The notes beneath the pieces were generated by a model. It made no database searches. It was not told where the DNA came from and worked only from the letters and a program-made list of their open reading frames with translations. 64,000 nucleotides of DNA from Kiritimatiellia bacterium (GTDB lineage: Bacteria > Verrucomicrobiota > Kiritimatiellia > RFP12 > UBA1067). This document shows, piece by piece, positions 48,876 to 57,036 of this stretch. Where the stretch lies: assembly GCA_017520845.1 (NCBI GenBank), contig JAFXEU010000046.1:1702-65701 (forward strand), read 5' to 3'. The number at the start of each line of letters is the position of its first letter. The first letter of the stretch is position 1. The translations under genes and the position numbers were made by a program.

Positions 48876-49087
48876 ATGAAATATAGACCAGTCGCGGCGG
48901 AAGGCGAAATGCGCCGAAGAAGCTTTGCTTCGGAGGGAAGATTCGGCGAAGCCGAACCCGAAGATATCTGCCGAGGCGAAGCCGAGTCTGCGCAGCAGGT
49001 CGCTAGAGCAGTGCACGCCAGCGTCCGCGTAGGTGGTTCCAGAGTTGAGTAACTACGGAATATAGAATGACACGGAAAGTTTTTAAC

Positions 49088-49114
49088 CGTGTAGATCGTG
49101 TAGAACGTATAGAA
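49088..49114 (+). repeat. Three tandem 9-mers CGTRTAGAW
   Basis: CGTGTAGAT CGTGTAGAA CGTATAGAA, immediately upstream of promoter module copy B. Confidence 0.6.
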
Positions 49115-49122
49115 GTGGGGAA

Positions 49123-49200
49123 GTGGCAGTGGAAGGTCTGACCGTTTTGTGTCAGAATTTTTGGGGAAGAGTGGAGGGGATGAGGGATTTTTGGTATAAT
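49123..49200 (+). promoter_or_regulatory. Promoter module copy B (recurrent element plus GGGGAAGAGTGGAGG plus TGGTATAAT) upstream of cas9
   Basis: Near-identical to 47816-47893. The extended -10 box is at 49192-49200, about 190 nt before cas9. Confidence 0.55.
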
Positions 49201-49252
49201 AAAAATGTAGATTAGGCGAAATACAAGATAGGTAACCAAGATAATCTTATGC

Positions 49253-49355
49253 AAAAAATAAGGCCTGATACAGAGTATGTACCAGGCAAGTCTTCCGACT
49301 ACGGCATATAGCCTTATTGTGAAAAGACGAACTTATTTTAGCATAAGGAATTGTA
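49253..49355 (-). ncRNA. tracrRNA: Predicted tracrRNA (anti-repeat, AAGGC nexus hairpin, terminator hairpin plus U-tract)
   Basis: + strand 49316-49328 (ATTGTGAAAAGAC) differs from repeat positions 1-13 only at two sites, and both give G-U pairs in a crRNA:minus-strand-RNA duplex. It is followed on the minus strand by AAGGCUAUAUGCCGU. A 9-bp hairpin follows (49263-49287), whose single non-Watson-Crick pair is G-U only on the minus strand. The RNA ends in CUUAUUUUUU. The 5' end is not determinable. Confidence 0.65.
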
Positions 49356-49389
49356 GTTCGTCAATCTGATTAAGAAAGGAAGTTTGAAA

Positions 49390-52300
49390 ATGAAGAGATT
49401 AGGAATTGACTTAGGTACTTCATCTATCGGATGGGCTGTATTAGATGATGAGAGAATTGCTTCTGCTCCGCGCGGACTTTATGCGCCTAATGTTATAGAT
49501 TGCGGGGTGGTCGTTTTCCCAGAAGGTATGGATCGTGATAAGTCCGGCAATTTAATGTCTCGTGCGGCTGAGCGTAGAATGAAAAGAGCGGCAAGACGTT
49601 TAATCAGGCGTAGGAGATATCGTAAATTTCATATTCTAAAACTACTCATTGAAAATAGCATGTGTCCTATGTCTCTTGAAAGCTTAAAAAAGTGGAAGGA
49701 GACAGGGAAATATCCTGTTGATGATAATGACTTTATGGATTGGCTTTCGGCTACGAATACGAAGAATCCTTATGTTGATAGGAAAAATGCGGCAGAGAGA
49801 CCTGTCGACGCGTATTCTTTTGGACGTGCTATATATCACATAGCGCAGCGTCGTGGCTTTAAGAGTTCTAAGAAAGAGCTTTTAGCGGAGTTTGATGCAG
49901 ATGATCAATCTGGTTCAAAGCAAAAGAAGGAAACTGAATTAGGTGAAGTTAAGCGTGGAATTAAAGAATTAAGTCAATTGATGGGGGAAAAGACGCTTGG
50001 TCAGTACTTTTATGAGTTATATCAGAAAGGTGAGAAAGTCCGCGGCAGAAAGACCGATAGAAAAGCGCATTATGAAAAGGAATTTGATGTAATTTGCGAT
50101 AAGCAGAAAGCTCTTGTTTCGTCTGAGTTGCGAGAGAAGATGCGTAGCATTCTGTTCTTTCAGCGTCCGCTTCGGATTCAGCGACATCTGGTCGGCTGGT
50201 GCGAATTGGAAAAAGGCAAGAAGTATCGCAGGTGTCTTGAAAGTCATCCTTTGTTTGAGCGTTTTAGAGCGCTGTGCTTTTTAAATAATTTTAAGGTTCG
50301 CAAAGAGGGTGCGGAAGGAGATTTTATTTCACTTACGCAGGAACAGCGGGACTTTATTCTCACTAAGATGATGAGAGTTACACCTTTTAAGGATGGTGTA
50401 AAAGCTTTGATGAAGGAATTTAACAAGGAATTCTCCGCTAAGGGAGAAGCGCCGTGGGTTTCGAACCATCGTGATTATGCGGATGTACCCATTCTTGAGG
50501 TGACGGCAAGGTTCGAAAAATTAGGAATACCTAAAACAGACTGGCAAACGGCACTAAACGCCTCTGTAGATTTTGATGATTTATTGATGCTTGAAGCATG
50601 GGCTAAAAAGAGATGGGGCTTTGATGATAAGAAGGCTCGCGAATTTGTCCGCATAAATCCATCTACGGAGCGCGCTAAATATTCTCTTCATGCTATAAAT
50701 CTTATTTTGCCGTGGTTAGAGGAAGGGTATAAATTAAGTCAGGCTATTTATCTCGCTAAGATGCCTGAAATAATTCCCGATTGGAATTCTAATAAAAGTA
50801 AGATATTGGAGATTATTGAACGTGAGACGGAGGCGTACCATAAGCAAAAGGACGGGTTTAAATATTCAAAGACGGCGCCTAAATTGGTTTCGTTGACAGA
50901 GCGCTTAAAATCGGCTTTCCGAGAATTTTGGATTTCAATAGGCGCGGCGGGCGCACTGTTTGAATCTGAATACGATAAATTATATATCGATAAGGCTTTG
51001 ACCGATATTGATAATCCTATCTTGCCTCCGGTAAATATGGGTTCTATTAAAAATCCTATGGTGTTGCATTCGCTTACGATGCTTAGGAGATTAGTAAATA
51101 CTCTCCGCGCGAATGGGACTATTGACGCGCATACCGTTATCAATATCGAGCTGGCGCGAACAGTGAACTCGGCGAACATGTGCCGCGCGATCGAGAAAAG
51201 AAATGTTGAGCTGGCGAAGGAGCGAGATGAAGCTAAGAAAGAATTAGCAGAAGAACTTAAAATCAATGGTATGACATCTAATATTGATGATGATCTTATC
51301 TTGAGATATTTATTGTGGAAAGAGCAAAATCGGTTTAGTGTTTATACCGGCCAGCAAATCTCGTTCAAGCAAATGGTTCAGGATTGCGATATTGAACATA
51401 CATTACCGAGGGCGAGAGGCGGCACGAACGAGCAGTCGAATTTAACATTGTGCGAGTCTCATTACAATCGTAATGTAAAAAAGAAGAGATTGCCGTGCGA
51501 ATGTCCAAACGCTGAAGAAGCATGGTATGACGATGAGGCAAAGATTGAATATCCCGCATTATTCTCAGGAAAGGTCTTAAAGGATTGGGAGGCTAAACTC
51601 GCATCGTTTGAGGAGGATTGTGCAAACAATAGAGGAGGTCGAGGGGGTGATCCTGAAGCGTATGCCAGAAAGCGGCAGAAGTTCTTGATGTATGATTTAA
51701 AGAGAGCTTATTGGAAAAAGAAAATAGGAATGTTCCGTATATCAGCGGAGCGAGCCCAAGAAACGGCATTTATGCCGCGTCAGTTAGTCGATACAGGATC
51801 GATAACTAAGTTCGCTGTAGAATTCCTTAAACAACGATATTCTAAGGTTTATCCTCGTAACGGCGCAGCCGTAGCGTTCGCGAGAAAAGCTTGGGGGATG
51901 CAAGAGTCTGACGAGAAGAAGGATCGTAGTGATCACACGCATCATGCGATGGATGCTATTGTGATAGCGGCATTGGATAATAAACGATTCGCGGATATAT
52001 GCGCAACATTAGGAAATATAGAGGATGATAGTCAGTATGTTTGTACTCCTCCGTATGAAGACTTTGGGGAGTTAGCGTACAAGGCTAGAGAAAGTATACT
52101 CGTAAGGCATATTCCGCTTAACCGAAAGATGGTTCCTTATCAAGAGTCGGCAACGAGGAAAAATCTCCGATTGGCTACCCCGGTTAAGCGGACGGACGGG
52201 TCGGTGATTTGTAAGGTTACTTCAAGCGGAAGTACGGTAAGGGGTAGTTTACACGATGATACCTTGTATGGAAAAATAAACATGCGGGGAAAGACGGTTA

Positions 52301-53067
52301 CAGTAATTAGAAAGACAATAGCTTCAGTTGGAAAGTTGGCAGATTTACAAAAGTTGGCGAAGGAAGCTGTAGATCCTTCAGTTGGAAAGACCCTGGCGCG
52401 TCAGATTGATGAATATTTAGCGCAAGGAGTAGATGGTGATAAAATTGCGGCTACTATGCCGTTTTGGGGGCCGAAGGATAAGGACGGTACGCCAGATAGA
52501 AACGGTATACCATTGAAGAAGGTTAGGGTTGTTTTTGGTAAAAATCCAGATCCGATTCGCAGCCACGATATGGTTAGTGAAAACGCGTTGCATAATTCTG
52601 TATATGGTTCGGGAGGAGATCTTTTAGAACTTGTTATAACTAAGGACGCAAAAGGTAAGGTTGTGCCGCGCAGTATCTCGCTAAAGGAAGGTGCTGAAGG
52701 TATAGAGATTGATAAAGAAGCTTTGGTAATACGTCCGGGAATGGCGGTCTTGTTCTTTGAGAAAAATCCAGAGGAGTTGTATAGTTTATCGCAAGACATA
52801 TTATCTAAGAGGCTTTATATCGTTCGTAAATTTGAAGACTCTGGGAGGATGAAATTGCGCTATCATAGAGAGGCGAGAATGGCGACGGTATTAAGTAAAG
52901 ATTTGGTGGCTATAAAAAAGAATAAGGACGGTCAATCTTCTATTGCTTATGATAAGCCTCATGAGTTACTTTTGATTAGTCCCAAGACATATATAAATAA
53001 CGCATTGTTTGAAGGTCGTGATTTTATTGTGTCATTGGATGGCAAAATTCAATTTCTGAATCGATGA
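49390..53067 (+). CDS. cas9: Cas9 (type II-C-like), RuvC and HNH motifs intact
   Basis: RuvC-I GIDLGTSSIGWAV. Arg-rich bridge helix RAAERRMKRAARRLIRRRRYR. HNH DIEHTLPRARGG...N..L......N. RuvC-III DHTHHAMDAIVIA. AAGGAAG RBS lies before the ATG at 49390 (the track start at 49384 is a TTG). Confidence 0.93.
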   Translation: MKRLGIDLGTSSIGWAVLDDERIASAPRGLYAPNVIDCGVVVFPEGMDRDKSGNLMSRAAERRMKRAARRLIRRRRYRKFHILKLLIENSMCPMSLESLKKWKETGKYPVDDNDFMDWLSATNTKNPYVDRKNAAERPVDAYSFGRAIYHIAQRRGFKSSKKELLAEFDADDQSGSKQKKETELGEVKRGIKELSQLMGEKTLGQYFYELYQKGEKVRGRKTDRKAHYEKEFDVICDKQKALVSSELREKMRSILFFQRPLRIQRHLVGWCELEKGKKYRRCLESHPLFERFRALCFLNNFKVRKEGAEGDFISLTQEQRDFILTKMMRVTPFKDGVKALMKEFNKEFSAKGEAPWVSNHRDYADVPILEVTARFEKLGIPKTDWQTALNASVDFDDLLMLEAWAKKRWGFDDKKAREFVRINPSTERAKYSLHAINLILPWLEEGYKLSQAIYLAKMPEIIPDWNSNKSKILEIIERETEAYHKQKDGFKYSKTAPKLVSLTERLKSAFREFWISIGAAGALFESEYDKLYIDKALTDIDNPILPPVNMGSIKNPMVLHSLTMLRRLVNTLRANGTIDAHTVINIELARTVNSANMCRAIEKRNVELAKERDEAKKELAEELKINGMTSNIDDDLILRYLLWKEQNRFSVYTGQQISFKQMVQDCDIEHTLPRARGGTNEQSNLTLCESHYNRNVKKKRLPCECPNAEEAWYDDEAKIEYPALFSGKVLKDWEAKLASFEEDCANNRGGRGGDPEAYARKRQKFLMYDLKRAYWKKKIGMFRISAERAQETAFMPRQLVDTGSITKFAVEFLKQRYSKVYPRNGAAVAFARKAWGMQESDEKKDRSDHTHHAMDAIVIAALDNKRFADICATLGNIEDDSQYVCTPPYEDFGELAYKARESILVRHIPLNRKMVPYQESATRKNLRLATPVKRTDGSVICKVTSSGSTVRGSLHDDTLYGKINMRGKTVTVIRKTIASVGKLADLQKLAKEAVDPSVGKTLARQIDEYLAQGVDGDKIAATMPFWGPKDKDGTPDRNGIPLKKVRVVFGKNPDPIRSHDMVSENALHNSVYGSGGDLLELVITKDAKGKVVPRSISLKEGAEGIEIDKEALVIRPGMAVLFFEKNPEELYSLSQDILSKRLYIVRKFEDSGRMKLRYHREARMATVLSKDLVAIKKNKDGQSSIAYDKPHELLLISPKTYINNALFEGRDFIVSLDGKIQFLNR

Positions 53068-53969
53068 TAAAAAGAACACTGGTTTTTACTACTTCGGGTA
53101 AGCTGCGCCTTCACCTTCGTCAATTAGTTTGGGAAGGTGAAGATGGTCACTCGTCGCAAGTTCCAATAGAGGATATAGGATTTGTTATATTGGAATCTCC
53201 TTTGATAACTGTCTCAATTGCATTATTGCGACAGTTAGCTATATCAAACGCGGCAGTTGTGATTTGTGACGCGTCGCATATGCCAGGCTCATATCTTCTG
53301 CCGGTTGCAGGGCATACAATGTGTCAGAAGGTAATGGGAATGCAGATTGAGTTGTCAGATTTAAAGAAAGATATTCTATGGGCACAGACTGTCAGAAGGA
53401 AGATATACAATCAAGGATGTATAGCAAAGAGGTATAATTTATCATTGGGGAGGGATTTGATTAAATGGTCCAAAGAGGTTAAAAGAGGAGATCCTAATAA
53501 TCTTGAGGCTCAAGCAGCTAGAGCGTATTTTACAATCTTTACTATGGATGAAATGCAACCGTTTCATCGCTCTCCAACAGGTCCAATGCCTAATCCTGCT
53601 CTTAATTATGGATATGCCATATTGAGGGCTGCAGTTGCGCGGGCGCTAGTTTCGGCTGGGCTTAATTGCATGATAGGCATTCATCACCATAATCAATATG
53701 ATCCATATTGCCTCGCAGATGATATAATGGAGCCGTATAGACCGTTCGTGGATATTCTAATATTGGAGAATTATAGTATATTTGAGAAGTCTGACGAGGT
53801 GACGCCAGAAATGAAGAAGGTGTTGCTTGGATTGTTGGTAATGGATGTAGAAATAGGTACGATGAAGCGTCCGTTAATGAACGCGCTTTCACTTACGGCA
53901 GCATCGATAGTCAGAGTGATTTCTGGTAAGGATGAAGAAATAGAATATCCGAAAGTAGAAGTCGGATGA
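53064..53969 (+). CDS. cas1: Cas1 (type II)
   Basis: ATGA overlap with cas9, 301 aa. Conserved NYGYAILR, HHHNQYDPYCLADD and EPYRPFVD segments. Confidence 0.9.
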   Translation: MIKRTLVFTTSGKLRLHLRQLVWEGEDGHSSQVPIEDIGFVILESPLITVSIALLRQLAISNAAVVICDASHMPGSYLLPVAGHTMCQKVMGMQIELSDLKKDILWAQTVRRKIYNQGCIAKRYNLSLGRDLIKWSKEVKRGDPNNLEAQAARAYFTIFTMDEMQPFHRSPTGPMPNPALNYGYAILRAAVARALVSAGLNCMIGIHHHNQYDPYCLADDIMEPYRPFVDILILENYSIFEKSDEVTPEMKKVLLGLLVMDVEIGTMKRPLMNALSLTAASIVRVISGKDEEIEYPKVEVG

Positions 53970-54328
53970 AAGGGCGAGAAACATCAATAGATTTATTCAC
54001 AAGTATAAGTCATTATAAAACTGTGTGGCTTTATGCGATGTTTGATTTGCCGGTGGTAACGAAAACCCAACGAAGAAGGGCGACGCAATTTCGAAAAGGC
54101 CTTCTTAAAGATGGGTTTAGTATGCTGCAATATTCAGTATATATTAGGCATTGTGCATCTAAGGAGAATATGGAGGTGCATGAGAAGCGTGTTAAAATGA
54201 TGACTCCAGAAGATGGTACGGTCTCGTTGCTGGCTGTTACAGATCGTCAATTCGGAGAAATGAAGACATTGTATGGTAAAAAAGTGCTGAAGCCTAAGGC
54301 GCAGCCTGTTCAATTGGAGTTTTTTTAG
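53966..54328 (+). CDS. cas2: Cas2 (type II)
   Basis: ATGA overlap with cas1. YAMFDLPV...QYSVYIRHC core. Confidence 0.85.
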   Translation: MKGRETSIDLFTSISHYKTVWLYAMFDLPVVTKTQRRRATQFRKGLLKDGFSMLQYSVYIRHCASKENMEVHEKRVKMMTPEDGTVSLLAVTDRQFGEMKTLYGKKVLKPKAQPVQLEFF

Positions 54329-54346
54329 CATTAGAGGATAAAGAGA

Positions 54347-54355
54347 TGATATAAT
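54347..54355 (+). promoter_or_regulatory. Extended -10 box TGATATAAT in the CRISPR leader
   Basis: Exact motif 51 nt upstream of repeat 1, on the same strand as the GTTGTG...ACAAT repeat orientation. Confidence 0.5.
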
Positions 54356-54406
54356 AGTAGTGTTCGCTTATTGATCTTTGATAATTTAAATGTAGTCTTT
54401 TATAAG

Positions 54407-55890
54407 GTTGTGAAAGGACATCTTTTTAAAGACTAATACAATGCACCGCATTTGTGCGACTCGCACCAACGGGTTGTGAAAGGACATCTTTTTAAAGACT
54501 AATACAATTCGGTATCTGCTTATACAAGCAGTCGCGTAGTTGTGAAAGGACATCTTTTTAAAGACTAATACAATTTCTGGCTTATCGTGCTTGCGTTCCA
54601 AATAGTTGTGAAAGGACATCTTTTTAAAGACTAATACAATAAGTATTTATGATACAATTCTGTATCTGTTGTTGTGAAAGGACATCTTTTTAAAGACTAA
54701 TACAATCTTCAGGAGTTCGAGGACGAGCTGAAGGCAGTTGTGAAAGGACATCTTTTTAAAGACTAATACAATATTCCCGTTAAAGACTCGGTAAAGCGGA
54801 AGTTGTGAAAGGACATCTTTTTAAAGACTAATACAATTATTCTGAGTACCATTAGTCAAACCAAGAGGTTGTGAAAGGACATCTTTTTAAAGACTAATAC
54901 AATTTTCCGTCGTGTCAAATGTCACCGTGACACGTTGTGAAAGGACATCTTTTTAAAGACTAATACAATTCCAAGATTCACAATTGAGGATTTCAGTATG
55001 TTGTGAAAGGACATCTTTTTAAAGACTAATACAATTTAACACATATTATGCGACACTCGTCACAGTTGTGAAAGGACATCTTTTTAAAGACTAATACAAT
55101 TCAGCGTCTCGTACTCGTCGTCGTCGCAGGTTGTGAAAGGACATCTTTTTAAAGACTAATACAATTCTATAAATCATTTACCTGTTCATGAATTGTTGTG
55201 AAAGGACATCTTTTTAAAGACTAATACAATACGAGCAACAAAGATACCAGCGATAAAGCCGTTGTGAAAGGACATCTTTTTAAAGACTAATACAATCCTT
55301 CAAGAGCAATACTTTGTGCAGTGTTGGTTGTGAAAGGACATCTTTTTAAAGACTAATACAATTGCTAAAAATAACACCCATGGAAATTATCAGTTGTGAA
55401 AGGACATCTTTTTAAAGACTAATACAATCACGAGAGAAGCGCGTGCATGTTTTTGAATTGTTGTGAAAGGACATCTTTTTAAAGACTAATACAATTGCAG
55501 CATTGTTAATACTACCTTCAGTTTCGTTGTGAAAGGACATCTTTTTAAAGACTAATACAATAAAAGAATGAAACAGTATGAATCATACATCGTTGTGAAA
55601 GGACATCTTTTTAAAGACTAATACAATTAACCGACAAAGAAAGGAGAATCAAACATGGTTGTGAAAGGACATCTTTTTAAAGACTAATACAATAGCCTTT
55701 GAGGGCGTCAAGCCTCCGGGCATCGTTGTGAAAGGACATCTTTTTAAAGACTAATACAATCTAAATCCGATTGACTGTTTTGATTATTAGTTGTGAAAGG
55801 ACATCTTTTTAAAGACTAATACAATGTTGCACACGAACATGCCGTTGGATGAAAGTTGTGAAAGGACATCTTTTTAAAGACTAATACAAT
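54407..55890 (+). CRISPR. CRISPR array: 23 identical 36-nt repeats GTTGTGAAAGGACATCTTTTTAAAGACTAATACAAT, 22 spacers of 29-31 nt
   Basis: Repeats were located by hand at 54407, 54473, 54539 ... 55790, 55855. All copies read as identical, and all spacers are unique. Confidence 0.97.
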
Positions 55891-55937
55891 ATTGATTTAT
55901 TTCTTTATTGATATATGTTGCATAAAAAGATTTTAAG

Positions 55938-55995
55938 GCCTTCAAATCATGCATATATTCTAATTATAATATGTATGATTTGAGGGCTTTTTTGT
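55938..55995 (+). terminator. Long hairpin (19 bp) plus T-rich tract downstream of the last repeat
   Basis: GCCTTCAAATCATGCATAT (55938-55956) pairs with ATATGTATGATTTGAGGGC (55969-55987), followed by TTTTTTGTTTTCTTTTT. The G-U pairs are valid on the + strand. Confidence 0.7.
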
Positions 55996-56087
55996 TTTCT
56001 TTTTGCCGAAATTAAGTTTCATAATTGATTTTTGAGGTGTTTTTTTTTATCGATTAACTTTGTTTTTTGAACTTATTGGTTTGGTTA

Positions 56088-56096
56088 TGGTATACT
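56088..56096 (+). promoter_or_regulatory. Extended -10-like box TGGTATACT
   Basis: About 40 nt upstream of the ATG at 56137, which has a GAGGAG RBS. Confidence 0.4.
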
Positions 56097-56136
56097 GTCA
56101 GTAGTTGTTGAATTTGATAGAGGAGATTCAAAAGAA

Positions 56137-56817
56137 ATGGGTTCAATGTTTAAAATGTTTTGGCAGAAAATTTTTGGCCGTACACTAACTGAGGAGGAGT
56201 TGTACGGTAGGAGGATGCTTGTTGAGGATAAGTCTAAGGCAATAGAATCGATTAAGAATGTAGTTGCGAAGGAGAAGCTGCGTCTTTACCAAATTGAAGA
56301 GGAAGCTCGGCGTCATAAAAGAGAACTAGTGTCTAAGATTGAGAAAGAGAGGCGGAAAAAGTCGAATGATGAAACTGTTCGTTCTTCAATAGAAGCGCCT
56401 CCTCTTTTTGCTAGTCCAGAGTTTGCACTCTCAGGAGTGAAAGCGGATTTTATTAGGGAGCAAGTTGCTCAAGCAAAGACCTTTGCAAAAACTTTACTAG
56501 AGTATGTTTCTTCTAGGTGTGAAGGGGTGGCAAGTGTCTGTTACCGTCGCGCCGGGTTAAGTCGTCAACTTTATTCCAAGATTATTTCTAATCCTGAGTT
56601 AGGCGTAAAAAAGCGTACTGTTATGCAACTTTGTATTGGGTTAAAGCTTCCTATCGAAGAGGCGAATGCATTCATGGCGGTTGCTGGATATTGTTTTTCA
56701 AAGTCAAACTTTGAGGATATGGCATTTCAGTGGTGTATTGAAAATGACGTTTATAATATTTTCGATGTTAATGATCTTCTTGTCGCTGGAACTTGTGAGC
56801 CAATAACAATATACTAA
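56137..56817 (+). CDS. Coiled-coil protein with a C-terminal XRE-like helix-turn-helix domain
   Basis: The C-terminal half (SVCYRRAGLSRQLYSKIISNPELGVKKRTVMQLCIGLKLPIEEANAFMAVAGYCFSKSNFEDMAFQWCIEN..YNIFDVNDLL) matches a common HTH module: ...S+LFSKI..N....P.K.T..AL.I.L.L...E...LL..AGY.LS.S..FD.I..Y.I....Y.I.E.N..L. Confidence 0.6.
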   Translation: MGSMFKMFWQKIFGRTLTEEELYGRRMLVEDKSKAIESIKNVVAKEKLRLYQIEEEARRHKRELVSKIEKERRKKSNDETVRSSIEAPPLFASPEFALSGVKADFIREQVAQAKTFAKTLLEYVSSRCEGVASVCYRRAGLSRQLYSKIISNPELGVKKRTVMQLCIGLKLPIEEANAFMAVAGYCFSKSNFEDMAFQWCIENDVYNIFDVNDLLVAGTCEPITIY

Positions 56818-57036
56818 AATGTAAATGTTGCGTTGACATTTTGGCAGCAGGGATATAGTACAATATTCGTGTTTTTGAAGTTAGACTTTGAGGTGATGAA
56901 GATGCAAGGCAGTATATCGAACAAATCAAAGCAACCTACCCAACAGCCGCAAGATTGCTGGGCGGAGGTAGACCACTATTATATAGAAGTCCTATGTTTT
57001 CGGAATCAGATTACGAAATTCTAAAAAAGGGATAAA

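Noticed and set aside
49003-49254. 83-aa minus-strand ORF upstream of cas9
   Set aside because: It overlaps the duplicated promoter module and the tandem nonamers. It has no RBS and an implausible sequence. The region is better explained by regulatory DNA plus the tracrRNA terminator.
49316-49389. Alternative reading: tracrRNA on the + strand with the CRISPR array transcribed from the minus strand
   Set aside because: A + strand RNA would run straight into cas9 with no nexus or terminator. The terminator hairpin at 49263-49287 has an A-C mismatch on the + strand but a G-U pair on the - strand. The array's own leader -10 box and terminator are also on the + strand.
49384-54328. Type II-A or II-B classification of the cas locus
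   Set aside because: There is no csn2 or cas4 between cas2 and the array or upstream of cas9. The layout cas9-cas1-cas2 plus array, and the GTTGT...ACAAT repeat termini, fit II-C.
54386-54619. 77-aa minus-strand ORF with repeated VLVFKKMSFHN
   Set aside because: It is an artefact of translating the CRISPR repeats.
54443-55854. Self-targeting spacers
   Set aside because: By eye, I found no match of any of the 22 spacers elsewhere in this 64-kb window. This cannot be excluded for the rest of the genome and needs a computational search.
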